Of a stretch of 64,000 nucleotides of DNA, positions 1 to 14,561 are shown one piece after another; the stretch's first letter is position 1, and each line of letters begins with the position of its first letter. The position numbers and the translations under genes were made by a program. The notes beneath the pieces are model-generated. The model was not told the origin of the DNA. It saw only the letters and a list, made by a program, of their open reading frames with translations, and did no database searches. This DNA comes from Octopus vulgaris (lineage: Eukaryota). Where the stretch lies: NCBI GenBank assembly GCA_951406725.2, contig OX597817.1:166346001-166410000 (forward strand). The letters are read 5' to 3'.

Positions 1-52
1 TTTTCTTTCATTTGAGCATTCTGCATTTTTAAAAAAATTTTTCCTTACTACT

Positions 53-98
<46 letters not shown>

Positions 99-332
99 TA
101 ATTAATTAATTAATTAATTAATTAATTAATAAATAAAATAATATATAAATATAAAAATATACATACATACATATATATATATATTTGTATATATATATAT
201 AAAATTTATAAGTTTAAATTATTAAATAATTTTTTATTTTTAACTTTTATATTTTAAATTAATTTTATGTATTGGCTTATGTTTTTCACTGTTTGATTTG
301 CCTAATAGTGGTTTTATCCCTACTTTAATATA

Positions 333-378
<46 letters not shown>

Positions 379-783
379 TATATGTACATATATATATATG
401 TACATATATATATGCATGTATATATGTATATATGTATGTTGATATATATGTAAATATATATATGTGTGTATATATGTATGCATTTGCATATATATTTATA
501 AGCATGGCCATACTTGAAGTTATCGCCCGAGCACAACATATGTAGATCAGCTCAACAATGACACTGCATGCCCCCCCCCATTACCCTACTTAACTAAAGC
601 AGGACCGAGGTGGATTGCGCGTGCGAATTAAAAACGTCCGAGCGAGCTCGACCAGGTGATTGTATATATATACATAATATACATACATATAGGATTCTGT
701 GTGTGTGTGTGTGTGTGTGCTTATGTGCGTGTATGTGTATATCTGTATACATACGAATACATTAACAGGTTGCTTTTATGTAT

Positions 784-1168
784 ACTCTTTACTCTTTTAC
801 TTTTATCAGTCATTTGACTGTGGCCACGCTGGAGCGCTGCCCTCAGTCGAGCAAATCGACCACAAGGCTTATTCTATCGGTCTGTTTTTTCGCCGAACCG
901 CAAAGTTACGGGGACGTAACACACCAGCATCGCTTGTCAAGCGATGTTGGGTGAACAAACACAAACACACAACGTATACACACACACACTCACACACACA
1001 TATATACATATATACGACGGGCTTCTTTCAGTTTTCGTCTACCAAATCCATTCACAATGCTTTGTTCGGCCCTAGGCTATAGTAGAAGACACATGCCCAA
1101 GTTGCCACGCACTGGGACTGAACCCAGAGGCATGTGGTAAGCAAGCTACTTACCACACAGCCACTCCT
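784..1168 (-). mobile_element. tRNA-derived SINE, family A (CORE-like body, internal microsatellite, GTAAAAGA-type tail)
   Basis: Reverse complement matches the repeat seen more than 10 times in the window: head, CTTGGGCAxGTGTCTTCTACTATAGCCT body, and 3' GCTCCAGCRTGGCCRCAGTCAAATGACTGA followed by (GTAAAAGA)n. Confidence 0.85.
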
Positions 1169-1429
1169 ATTTACAAAACTTAAGTGAGAACTAACAAAAG
1201 TTATATTTTTCCCCCTTGTTACTTGAGAATTTTTAACCTCACGGCCAAATGCGATTCAGTAGAGTTATGATGAAATCCGTAAACATTTTTTCGCTTTTTC
1301 CATGCAGTGTAATCAGATTTTACATCGTATCCTCTTATCCTAAAACTGATAGAACTTAATCGAAAAGAGATTTTGTGGATACATCAACCTTGTCATTTGT
1401 TTCCTACTATCAAACCTTATTGTTAGTTT

Positions 1430-1770
1430 ATCCGTCGTTGTCAACGCTGACCAAGAGCATCACCTCGAAGATGAACCACGGGTGTGTTCGACTACGGCCA
1501 ATCAGTCCGATGCATAGTCGGAAAGCTCCTCCGCAGGTCAGGAACGAGAGGTCAGTTGGGACTGAAAACAAGGACTAGCTTTGGCGTTGTGCAGTTCACA
1601 TTTCTCTAGGGCCGCTGCAATCCTGTTCTGTCTGTACTAGACGGTTACTCAGTTGGTGTATCTTAGGCTGGCAGTGCGGTCATGTGACTGAGTTTCCCAG
1701 ATGTCGAGGTTGATCTCAAAACATTTCAGTGAAGCATTGAGTGTGTCTTTGAAGCCCTTTCTTTGTTCAC
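1430..1770 (-). mobile_element. Degenerate RTE-type LINE 3' fragment
   Basis: Minus-strand translation QRKGFKDTLNASLKCFEINLDIWETQSHDRTA and IGLIGRSRTH resembles the C-terminus of RTE/BovB-like ORFs; interrupted by stops. Confidence 0.65.
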
Positions 1771-1829
1771 ATTATTCTGTCAAGGAGTAAATCTTTTGCA
1801 TGGGACAGATCTATAATTCCACGACACTT

Positions 1830-1880
<51 letters not shown>

Positions 1881-2036
1881 AAATGCATATATATATATAT
1901 ATATATGCATATGTATATAACACAAATGTGTATGTATGTATGTATACACATAAATATAAATATACAGATAGGGAAATAATTTATTCTCAAACGCAGAATA
2001 ATGCTGAACAGCTTGTATAGGATAGATTATCCTTAT

Positions 2037-2143
2037 ATTGCAGGAAAATTTGTCAGCGGCCAGCTAGAACTTACATCTCTGTGATTACCGGTCAAGTGCT
2101 TTACTATTAAGCTAAACTGCCCACTGACAAATTTTTCTGCAAT
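2037..2143 (-). repeat. tRNA-like segment enclosed by 23-bp inverted repeats
   Basis: IRs at 2037-2059 and 2121-2143 match at 21/23. The minus-strand interior has a D-arm GCTT/AAGC, an anticodon loop CCGGTAA and a B-box-like GTTCTAGC; the T and acceptor stems are broken. Confidence 0.6.
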
Positions 2144-2419
2144 TTTTGAACTTACAAATTTAGCTTTTTTATAGTTGCTGTTTGTGAAATTCAAATTATG
2201 TTATATGCAAACAAACAAATTTTTTTTTTTTAATTTTTTTTATAGAAGCGTTGAGATGTATTGAAGTATACAAAAAATAGAAATAATTTATGCATATGCC
2301 TATGTAAATGTCTTTGTGTGCATAAACGGCCTGGTACATAGATTGTTATCGAAAGCTTTATCGACAAACACTCTACCATGTTTGCATACAAGGGTTCATT
2401 CACCTGCTCTTAAACATAA

Positions 2420-2647
2420 CATCGTCGTCGTCGCCATTATCCTCATCATCATCACCACCACCATCATCACCACCACCATTATCACCATCACCATCACCAT
2501 CATCACTATCATCATCATCATCATCATCATCATCACCATCATCACCACCACCATCATCACCACCACCATCACCATCATTACCATCATCATCATCATCATC
2601 ATCATCACCATCATCACCACCACCATCATCACCATTACCATCATTAC

Positions 2648-2679
<32 letters not shown>

Positions 2680-2797
2680 CCATCATCACCACCACCATCA
2701 TCACCACCACCATCACCATCATTACCATCATCATCATCATCATCATCATCACCATCATCACCACCACCATCATCACCATCACCATCACCATCATTAC

Positions 2798-2829
<32 letters not shown>

Positions 2830-3392
2830 CCATCATCACCACCACCATCATCACCACCACCATCATCACCATCACCATCACCATCATTACCATCATCATC
2901 ACCATCACCATCATCACTATCATCATCATCATCATCATCATCACCATCATCATCACCATCATCATCATCGTCAACAACAACACTCATCATTGTCATCATC
3001 GTCAATATGGCTACCAGTACCATTGCCATCACCATCGTCATTATAATCATGGTTGTCGCCCTTGTTGTCGATGTCGTCCTCATCACCCTCTTCACAATCA
3101 TGACCACATCACTAAAACCACCGCAACCAATACCGCCACCACCGCCACCACCACCACCACCACCACCGCCACCACCACTGCCATTATCATCATCATCATC
3201 ATCAGCAGCAGCATCTCCACAAGAACTGTCAGCATCATTAGCTCTTCTATGATATACATCACTTACACCGCCACTGCTACCATAGGCACATCCACCACAA
3301 ACACGCACACCACGACAACCTATACTACCACCACTACCACTACCACCGTCAGTCTTAGCATAACCACTGATACCATCTATATCAAAATCGTA

Positions 3393-3432
<40 letters not shown>

Positions 3433-3560
3433 CCACCAACAGCATCTCAACTACGACAAACAATAACAGCAATACCATGAATACCACCACAACCACCACC
3501 ACCACCACCACCACCACCACCACCAACATCATCATCAACACCACTAACAACAACAACATA
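2420..3560. repeat. (CAT/CAC)n compound trinucleotide array with higher-order periodicity
   Basis: Interspersed CAT, CAC and CAA triplets; blocks of about 60-70 bp recur in 2445-2970. Confidence 0.9.
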
Positions 3561-3920
3561 AGACATGGATACGTCGAAGAATAATAAGGGTTCATAGCTA
3601 TAATCATTAAAAGTAATAAAATAAATATGCAAAAAAATGAAATATAATATAATAAAAAAAAATAGTTTCGAAACGAAAAAAGATATTTTTGTTTCTGTTA
3701 TTAAGATATTTTAATCAGCCACGTGCCGTCTTTTACTCGAGATAAGTTATCATGGAGTGTCTGAAACATTTCCAATTTTAATCCCGCGGATTAACGAGAT
3801 TAGCGCTTATCGTTCTTAAGAATGATTCTTAAGAGTTTATTTACCTCTTTCGATTTTTGACACACCTACAGAGAAGCACACACACACATACAGACTAACA
3901 TACACCCATGTGATTTTATG

Positions 3921-4260
<340 letters not shown>

Positions 4261-4806
4261 ATGCATATACACATACATACATACAATATATATTATAACA
4301 TGAGTATATACATGTGTGTGTGTGTGTGTGAGTGTCTATAAATCTCTATGTATTGAGGAATTGTATAACTATGATACAATTATATAGGTTTATATACACG
4401 TACATATATATATATTTATATGTATATACACGCACACGCACACACACACACACACACATACACACATACGTTTATTGTCTATACCTCAAAGGAGATATCA
4501 AAAAATGTCTTGTAATTATTTGCCGCTGAAATTTAAATCATTTGCTATCACAAGATATTTTCATAGTATAGATCTCCAAAAGAAACCGCTGTTATTCCGT
4601 ATGTGAACACTTAGAACATTCTCTGTTTTCTTAAAGTACTAATTTTCTTAAAAGATAGAAACCACCCAAAAAGAATCACATTCCATGAATTTTCTCATGC
4701 TTATAATTAATTTCATGTTCAATGAGATGTCTCACTTCGTAGTATATTTAATTATGAATTACAGTTAATATCATGCTGACGATTTATAAGAAGAAATGAT
4801 TTTTAT

Positions 4807-5470
4807 TCTATATATATAAAAGAGGCTTTGAGTCAAAATAGTGTGCACATTTTGCTATTGTCAGAGGTTGGCGGCCAGATCAATGGTCGGATCGAGCGGA
4901 AAATTGACACAGGCATAAAAAGGTATGATGAGGCAAGATTTTTGAAGATGAAAAAAATTTCTCATTTTTATGTATTTTTGCATTTTATTTTTTAGTGTTT
5001 ACAGTTTTCATTTTTTCTGAAAGAAATTTACAGCTGCATGTAGCCCGTGTTTAGAGAGCTTTCATTTGCATGGTCAATCGTAGAAAAATTCCCAAAATAA
5101 GTACTAAATTAAATAAAGAAATCCTAATTTTCCTTATTTTTAATCGCTCAAATAGTGGCACGTACAAAGGGCAAGTGTGCTTTCCGTTGTCCCTGCCTGA
5201 TATTTATGATTGATCTTTCAAAATATTTCCTTTCTCATCTTACTCAAGATCTTTTGTTTTTTTTATAAATGGGAGGGATATAGAGAAAGAAAAAGAGTAA
5301 GAGAAAGCGAGGGAGAGTCCAAGAGAAAGGAAGAGTAAGAGAGTGGGAAAGTGAGAGAGAAAGGAGAACGAAACAAGGAATGAGAATGTGGCGATAAGAA
5401 ACAGAAAGGAAGCAACAGAAAGTAAAAACCACACCCTCACCCGCGCGTAGAGCGGGTCACCTTAAGCTAG
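4807..5470 (+). mobile_element. Non-autonomous Helitron
   Basis: 5' TCTATATATATAAAA; 3' GC-rich hairpin ACCCGC...GCGGGT (5439-5457) followed by terminal CTAG then T. Confidence 0.75.
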
Positions 5471-5643
5471 TAACAATTAATTGTAAGAACTTCTTTCTTA
5501 CAATTCAAAGATAATGATATAAATTCTATGCGTGTATTTCCTCGTTCTTGCTTAATCTAAAATTTAAATTTTAGTCCATATCATATTGTGAGGGGAGGAT
5601 AATCTCCATTTTTTTGGTCTACTATCACTGAAGAGGACTATGA

Positions 5644-5685
<42 letters not shown>

Positions 5686-6075
5686 TCACACACATACACA
5701 TATATATGTATCATTAAGGCATTAAGAGAGAGGAAAGGACAGAGACAGAGAGGCAGAGAGACAGAGAGAGACAGACAAAGAGAAATAGGAAAACGGAAAT
5801 TGAGACACATATCAATTTTGTTCATGGAAACTCAGATACTAACAGTCATTGGGTCTTGTCCAGCGAAACATTTAGCCGGATTTCCCCTTGTATGGCTCAT
5901 TTAAATGTGGATCAAATTAATATTATAATATTGACATGCATTGGAATCTACCGATTTTAATGAAGAAGCTGTCATGTTCAATATTGAACGATCTTGCTTG
6001 TATGTATGTATGTATGTATGTATGTATGTATGTATGTATGTATGTATGTATGTATGTATGTATGCATGTATGTAT

Positions 6076-6106
<31 letters not shown>

Positions 6107-6191
6107 TTGTACACTCACACTCACTCACACACACACAAGCACACACGCACGCACACATATTTCAACGTATGTTTGTAAATTTATTTAACAT

Positions 6192-6803
<612 letters not shown>

Positions 6804-7854
6804 ACAAAAACTATTTATTTCATTTACCAATGGTAAATGAATTTGATGTGTGTTAAGGTTGGGGAAAGACGCGTACAGGTAATGACATTTCATTTTGAGC
6901 TAGTAGGACTGCGATGTTCTACTAGCCCTTGCGTCCAAGCCGTAGACGTCTGACAGGGCAGAGAAGGGAGCAAGTCATTAACAGGTGAGTCATCGATATC
7001 ATCAGCAGGCTTAACAACTTCAGTGTCTCTGAGAGAAACAAGCTCACAATGAATTGCTTCAGTAGCTTTGCATTCCTGATGCTGTTTCTGGGTAACAAGC
7101 TTCCTTAAGGCTCCTATTTACTTAAGCCCTTCGCTTCCTATGGACCATAGGCCATTTCTGATGACTTTTCGCCTCTGTTCTGGACTCTGAGCACTTTTTT
7201 CGTGCTTCTTTACATTTGGATCCTTGCTTCCTTGCAGCATCCTTTCGGATTTTTCTGCAACGCGTTATGTTTCCTTAAGCGAAGGCCTTCTTCTTCCGGG
7301 TCTTGTTGATTTTAAATGGTCATTGATTGATGCTTCTGCAACCTTGCACAACTACCACGGCCAGCAACAACAACTCATCCACCATCATTACCATGATCAA
7401 CATCAGTATTATGACCGTTCGCCACCAAAACGTCCATCCGCTTCAACCACTCTATAACTACCATCGCAACGTCGACTATCACAACCACAACCGCCATCTT
7501 AACCACAGGCCGTGACAGCCATCGACCGTAACTAACATCAATACCACCATTACAACTATCAACACTGCTACCACTCCTACCATCAACACCTCTTCCACCA
7601 TCGTGACCACCCGCACCTTCTCTACCAAGAGAACCACCACTGCCGCCGCCGCCACCTCCGCATTACTCCACCAGCACTTCCACCATCTACACAACTACTA
7701 CTGCTCATTCACTGCTCATATGACTACCACCAAGAGTGGTAGTGGTGGTGGTGGCTGAGGTGGTGGGTTGTGGTGGGTGGTGATGGGTGGTTTATAGTGG
7801 TAATGGTAATCTTGGTAGTGGTGAAAGTGTTGTTTTTGTGAGTGGTGGTAGCGC

Positions 7855-8330
7855 TGGTGGTGGTGGTGGTGGTGGTGGTGGTGGTGGTGGTTTAGTGGTT
7901 GTGGTAGTTTTGGTGGTGGTGGTGGCGTGGTTGTAGTGGTTTGGGAGGTGGTGGTGATGATGGTGGTGGTGATGGTGGGGTGGCTTGGTGGTTGTGGTAG
8001 TTTTGGTGGTGGTGGTGGCGTGGTTGTAGTGGTTTTGGAGGTGGTGGTGATGATGGTGGTGGTGATGGTCGGGTGGCTTGGTGGTTGTGGTAGTTTTGGT
8101 GGTGGTGGTGGCATGGTTGTGGTGGTTTTGGAGGTGGTGGTGATGATGGTGGTGGTGATGGTGGGGTGGCTTGGTGGTGGTGGTGGTGGTGGCGTGGTTG
8201 TGGTGGTTTTGGAGGTGGTGGTGATGATGGTGGGGTGGTGATGGTGGTGGTGATGATGGTGGTGGTGATGGTGGGGTGGTGATGGTAGTGGTGGTGGTGG
8301 TGGTTGTCATGGTAGCAGTGGTGGTGGTTT
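7855..8330. repeat. GGT-derived minisatellite with 93-bp unit (about 3.5 copies)
   Basis: Unit GGTTGTGGTAGTTTTGGTGG...GGGGTGGCTTGGT recurs at about 7897, 7990 and 8083. Confidence 0.85.
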
Positions 8331-8575
8331 TGGTCGTCACCATCGTCGTAGTTGTAGTAATAGCGGCGGGTAGGAGGCGGTGGTCGTTGTGGTGGCGATG
8401 ATGAAGACAATGCGCTGGACAGGCCAGCCTAAACATGTCTGCGTTGATAGACGCTGAGGTTGTAAAAACACATGTACTCGCATGTACTCGTGTACTTGTT
8501 ATCAGTAACAAGCTGTCGTGTTTAGCGATACAGGACAATAGAAGCATGATAACACTTCGCACACATACACACACG

Positions 8576-8623
<48 letters not shown>

Positions 8624-9044
8624 CATACAAACACGCACGCACCCACGCAAACATACATATATTTACGTAAACATATGTGCGTACATACGTAACACACACA
8701 CACACACACACACACACAAGGAAACACACATGTACCACACCAATACAATAACAATGTTTTATTGTGCGCTATACTTCCTTCTGTGTGTGCGTATGTGTGT
8801 GTGTGCGTATGTGTGTGTGTGTGTGTGTGTGCGTATGTGTGCATGCATGTATGTATGTATTATATATGTAAACTCGCTGAGGATAGACAATTAACCTTTT
8901 GAGCTACACACATATGTACACACACACAAACACACGCACACATATATAAATATATATATATTCATACACATACACTCACAAACACACAAACACACACATA
9001 TGTATATATGGAGTATCATCACTAAAATTTATTCTATACGATTA

Positions 9045-9625
<581 letters not shown>

Positions 9626-9785
9626 GTACATGGATGGCTAGCTGGCTGGCTGGCTGGCTGCCTGGATGGCTGGATGGACGGATGGACGGACAGACGCACG
9701 GACGGATGGATTTATGTATGAATGGATAGATATCCGATCATTTATGTATACGCTATGTGTGCAATCTTATATTTGTACCTTATAA

Positions 9786-10015
9786 GGCGGCGAGCTGGTA
9801 GAATCGTTAGCACACCGGGCGAAATGCTTAGCAGTATTTCGTCTGCCGTTACCTTCTGAGTTCAAATTCCGCCGAGGTCGACTTTGCCTTTCATCCTTTC
9901 GGGGTCGATAAATTAAGTACCAGTTACGCACTGGAGTCGATGTAATCTACTTAATCCGTTTGTCTGTCTTTGTTTGTCCTCTCTGTGTTTAGCCCCTTGT
10001 GGGTAGTAAAGAAAT
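9786..10015 (+). mobile_element. tRNA-derived SINE, family B (Meta-domain-like core)
   Basis: GGCGGCGAGCTGGTAGAATCG head, GAGTTCAAATTCC B-box, and core GTCGACTTTGCCTTTCATCCTTTCGGGGTCGATAAATTAAGTACC; more than 20 copies in the window. Confidence 0.85.
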
Positions 10016-10467
10016 ATATATTCGTACCTTATTTGACGTATAGTTTTGTAGATATATATATGACAACCTAGATGCAAGTGAATATACACACATGCGCGAC
10101 ACAGATTTCGAGAGAGAAAGAGAGAGAAAGGGAGGGGGGAGAAAGAGATAGTGAGATTAGGACGGAGTTGAGTTGCGCTTTACGATTGAACAATATGGGT
10201 ATATTTCTAAATGCATACGTTCCATTTTGTATAGTACGTATGCATTTCTTTTTTTTTTTCTTCTTTTTTTTTCTTTGTATCTTATTCGATTTGCAAGATA
10301 TTTCATATGAAACATGTGGAAACAGATTCAGTAATGTGTTGGGAGGCATAGTAATGTGTCGTGTATAGTCTTTTGTTAAATAACAAAATGAAGAGGGGAA
10401 AATATATATCGTTACTCTCATTTCTTTATTAATTGATCGATTTGTCAATATATTTTGCAATGAACTC

Positions 10468-10519
<52 letters not shown>

Positions 10520-10564
10520 TTGTGTGTATGAGTGTGAATGAGTGTGTGTGTATATATACATGGG

Positions 10565-10607
<43 letters not shown>

Positions 10608-11036
10608 ATGTATGTATGTATATATATACATATGTGTGTGTGTGTGTCTCTATATTCTTTTATTATTTTACTTGTTTCAGTCATTTGACTGCGGCCATGG
10701 TGGATCACCACCTTCAGTCGAACAAATCGACCCTCTGGACTAAGTCTTTGTAAGCCTAGTACTTATTCTATCGGTCCGACATATTAGAAATTCAAAAATT
10801 CAGTAATATATAAGTATCATATACAAATAAAAATATAAATACAAATATAAATATAAAAATAAATATAAATATAAATTTTGCATATAACACGTTTAAAACT
10901 GTTAGAATAAGAGGAATAAGTATAGTGATAACATAAAAATATAGCATATCAAGACACTAGTAAAATTCCGGCGAATAGTACATAAAATATAATACACATA
11001 CAAGCTTACAAAAATATAAGACATTCAGAAGTCCAT

Positions 11037-11129
11037 CATCTACGGTCCGTTTCGGGGATGTGCCAATCAATACTAGACATATCAGTACTTAAAATAGTAC
11101 TTAGAATTGGCACTTCCCTCGTCAGGATG
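11037..11129 (-). ncRNA. Type I hammerhead ribozyme motif with long stem II
   Basis: Minus strand: CATC-CTGACGA-GGGAAGTGCCAAT...ATTGGCACATCCCC-GAAA-CGGACCG-TA-GATG. All core nucleotides are canonical; predicted GUA cleavage at 11041. Confidence 0.75.
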
Positions 11130-11423
11130 TCCTATACAACACATATACAACATGAAGAAACACACAAATACATAGTCACATACCGGCCATTCTCAGAACA
11201 CGATATGTACGTACTCCCAGAAAAATTTTTACGTCTATCCTGAATGGAACTTTATACGCAAACCATTCGATACAGTCGCCTTAGAAAATTGTATGTACGC
11301 AGCGCCATCTGACCCGTTTCACTTTAGTACTTAATTTATTTTATTTTATTTTATTTTATTCCAATTTTATAAATTCTCCCATACAGGAAAAGCCACATAC
11401 TCAGGTTCGAGTCGTCGACTAAC

Positions 11424-11626
11424 AGCTATTTTTCATATAATCACATTACTGTAGTTTTATCTCGTTTTCCACTCACTATACTTACTAAACTTAATTCACT
11501 TGTAATTGGTTAGCTCTAACTTTTATTGCTATTTCTACTTCTAAATTTCCTAGCTATTTTTTAATAATTACATTACTTTAGTTAAATCTCGTTTACCACT
11601 CACTATATTTACTAAACATAATTCAA
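11424..11626. repeat. Diverged direct repeat of about 75 bp (period about 128 bp)
   Basis: AGCTATTTTT...ATCTCGTTTWCCACTCACTATAYTTACTAAACWTAATTCA at about 11424-11498 and 11552-11626. Confidence 0.75.
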
Positions 11627-13329
11627 TATATATCTATATTAATCTTGGTGAGCAATTTCGACGACGGGCTGAAGAGTTTAAATCGATTACATTCACGCCA
11701 GTGTTCAACTGGTAATTTCATCGACCACGAAAGGCTGAAAGGCAAAGTCGACCCGGACGGCATTTGAACTCAGAAGGTAACGTCTCAGCATTTTTTTTTC
11801 CGGCGCGGTAACGATTCTACCTGATCGCCACCTTCGTGTAAGAATGTATCGCTGTCATGTTTTGTGTGGTGTTGTTTGTAGGTGTAATTGTAATTATGAT
11901 GGTACATTAGCAAGGCTCACCCATACGCGGATCTAAAGCGAAAGCTGACGCACCGAGACCTTCATACATCTACGTATATATCCAATACAACTACACGCAT
12001 GGACAAAAACAACACAAATACAAGTGTAGGGTAATGTGTGTAAGATGTATGGGGTGCCACCTAGCTCCCCATACAAGCGCAAGAAATTTGGGAAGCTTCC
12101 CTGTTGTGTTCCAATGCAGAAGAGACACTAAAGCCAACGCTGAATTAACCATTAAGTAAAATAAGCACGTGCGTAGGGCATCAAGGGACGAGGGCACCAC
12201 AGAAATGTAAATGGTTTACGGCACGAAAGTAATCACTTTAAACTTGCTAGAATAACATTCATAATGCCTTATCTCTTCTTAGTATAGAAGCAGAGGTAAA
12301 ATTAATTTTAACGATATCATTGGAGACTTTGCAACTAAAACGAGTTGCAAAAAAAACGAGAAAACTTTTCAAATAAAAATAAAATGGAAGCATACAAAAA
12401 TAAACTTTATTTTGCATCTTATGGTTTATTATTGTTTTTTTGTTTGTTTACATTTTGAACCATTTACATATACTTGAGGGCACCAAAACCTTTTAAGTGC
12501 TTAGGGCTTCTATGGGTCTTAATCCGGGCCTGACGAAAGCTATCAGCAATAGTATACGCCCCTGGCCTTTCTATATAGGGTAACGTGTGGCCATGTTCAC
12601 AATCTGTGATGCGTTGCTAGATAGAAACATCTACGATGCGGAGTTTATCATAAAATAGAGATTTTCAAGACGAAATTAACGAGTCTCTTAAACTGTTTGA
12701 AAGTCCGGTTGGAAATTCTGATCACACGTGCAGGCCTCTTATAAAAAATATGACAGCTGTGGTAGAAGGTAGTGATTTTCGGCGTACGCTTGGATTGTGT
12801 AAGGCCAGCCAATAAGAGAGGATGGTGTAAAAGTTTTGCGAACTTGCTTTGTCAGTTGCAACCCTCTAATGGATAGGGAAGGGATTTCGTAAATTCACAA
12901 GTATAAATATAGAGTAACCGCATCAAACCTTCCAAAATCGATTTAGTTTGGGTATTTGTTAGATTAATGGACAATAATAATGTAAGGTATCCACAGTTCA
13001 ATCCACTACACAAATGGTAAATTTGTCATCTATATGGTCGAACAGAACGGAACACAAATGCTAGGAGCCTATCCACTGGACGTTGAACTTGTTGTCCCTA
13101 CCATTACCGCATTAACTAATTAGCTAGGTGGTAGATTAGAGGTGTGAACGTCAAGAACGGTTTGTGAGCTCTCTAAAGAGAGTGATTACCGAATCCATAA
13201 GGTTTAACAAAGAAGGAACAACAGCGAAGAATAGTTTAAACGAAGCGGCAACGAGCAAATTAAAAGCAGTGAAATACAAATATCTTATCATACGATGGCA
13301 GATCGCGATTCTAGGGAACAAAGAAACGA

Positions 13330-13924
13330 AAGCCGTTGTAGTTAAGTGATTAGTCGATTACATCGATTCTCGTGCTCTACTGCTACTTATCTTATCGACC
13401 CCGAAAGGATGACAGGCCAAGTCTACCTCATAACGTGAAGACGAACGAAATACCTATTTGTTTACTACCCACAAGGGGCTAAACACAGAGGACAGACAAA
13501 CACAAGGACAGACAAACAAATTAAGTAGATTACATCGACCCCAGTGCGTAACTGGTACTTAATTTATCGACCCCGAAAGGATGAAAGGCAAAGTCGGCCT
13601 CGGCGGAATTTGAACTCAGAACGCAACGGCAGACGAAATACCGCTAAGCATTTCGTTAAAGTTTCTGCCAGCTCGCCGCCTTAACAACAAAAACAGCAAC
13701 ATTAATCCTTTCTATTAGAGGCACAAGGTCGGAAATTTGTGGGGGGGAGTGGGGTTAGTCGATTGCATCGACCCAATTACGTAACTGGTATTTATTTCAT
13801 CGATCCCGATGGATGAGAGGCAAAGTCGACCTCGGCGGAGTTTGAACTCAGAATGTAACGGCAGACGAAATGCCGCCAGGCATTTCGCCCGGCACACTAA
13901 CGACTCTACCAGCTCGCCGCCGTG

Positions 13925-13962
<38 letters not shown>

Positions 13963-14208
13963 AATAATAATAATAGTAATAATAATAATGATAACCCTTT
14001 CTACTTGAGGCACAGGGCCTCGAATTTGGTGGGAGGGAACTAGTCAATTACATCGACACCAGTCTTTCACTGGTACTTAATTTACTGACCCCAAAATGAT
14101 GAAAGGCAAAGTCGACCACGGCGGAATTTGAACCCAGAACGCGAAGACAGACGAAACATCTCTGAGCATTTCGCCCGGCCTGCTAACCATTCTGCCAGCT
14201 CGCCGCCT
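13330..14208 (-). mobile_element. Cluster of SINE family B copies
   Basis: At least four tandem or nested copies carrying CGACCCCGAAAGGATGAAAGGCAAAGTCGACCTCGGCGGAATTTGAAC-like sequence, separated by (AAC)n/(AAT)n. Confidence 0.85.
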
Positions 14209-14269
14209 TAACAAGAACAAGAACAAGAACAACAACAACAACAACAACAACACCGACACCAACAACAAC

Positions 14270-14312
<43 letters not shown>

Positions 14313-14448
14313 TAACACCAACAACATTAACAATAAAAATTATTCCTTTTATAAATCATATCCACCCACAACTACCATCACGTTGCGTTAAACCAAACCA
14401 CACCAAACCACCAAACGAATCCAAGAGGCGGACCACAGTACCACTTAC

Positions 14449-14561
14449 CCAACTAACTCGCCGACGAAATGTCCCAGCCAGTTGAGAGCAGGCACCAATG
14501 AAATGTCTGGCGTGACTAACTAACAGACAACTCTCCGATAGCCTTTGCTCCCCAGATGCCG
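14449..14561 (-). CDS. Candidate internal exon of an unidentified host gene (ASGEQRLSESCLLVSHARHFIGACSQLAGTFRRRVSW)
   Basis: 113-nt unique GC-balanced segment between a strong acceptor (TTTTTGTTTTTGTTTTAG) and a consensus donor (GG/GTAAGT); exactly one frame is open. Confidence 0.55.

Noticed and set aside
2316-3584. 422-aa Ile/Thr-rich ORF
   Set aside because: It derives entirely from the CAT/CAC array and is open in several frames and on both strands.
6890-7115. Minus-strand open frame of about 75 codons (..KPADDIDDSP..) containing CTGATGA
   Set aside because: No good splice acceptor or start codon, and no GAAA partner. It shares CCTGCTGATGATAT with the 52.8 kb segment, so it is probably decayed repeat.
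8877-8903. CTGAGGATAGACAATTAACCT resembling the 30.35 kb HHR
   Set aside because: GAAA, stem III and stem I are missing.
12560-13330. Unique-looking region checked for a Penelope RT or GIY-YIG remnant
   Set aside because: I found no convincing motif in the frames I translated.
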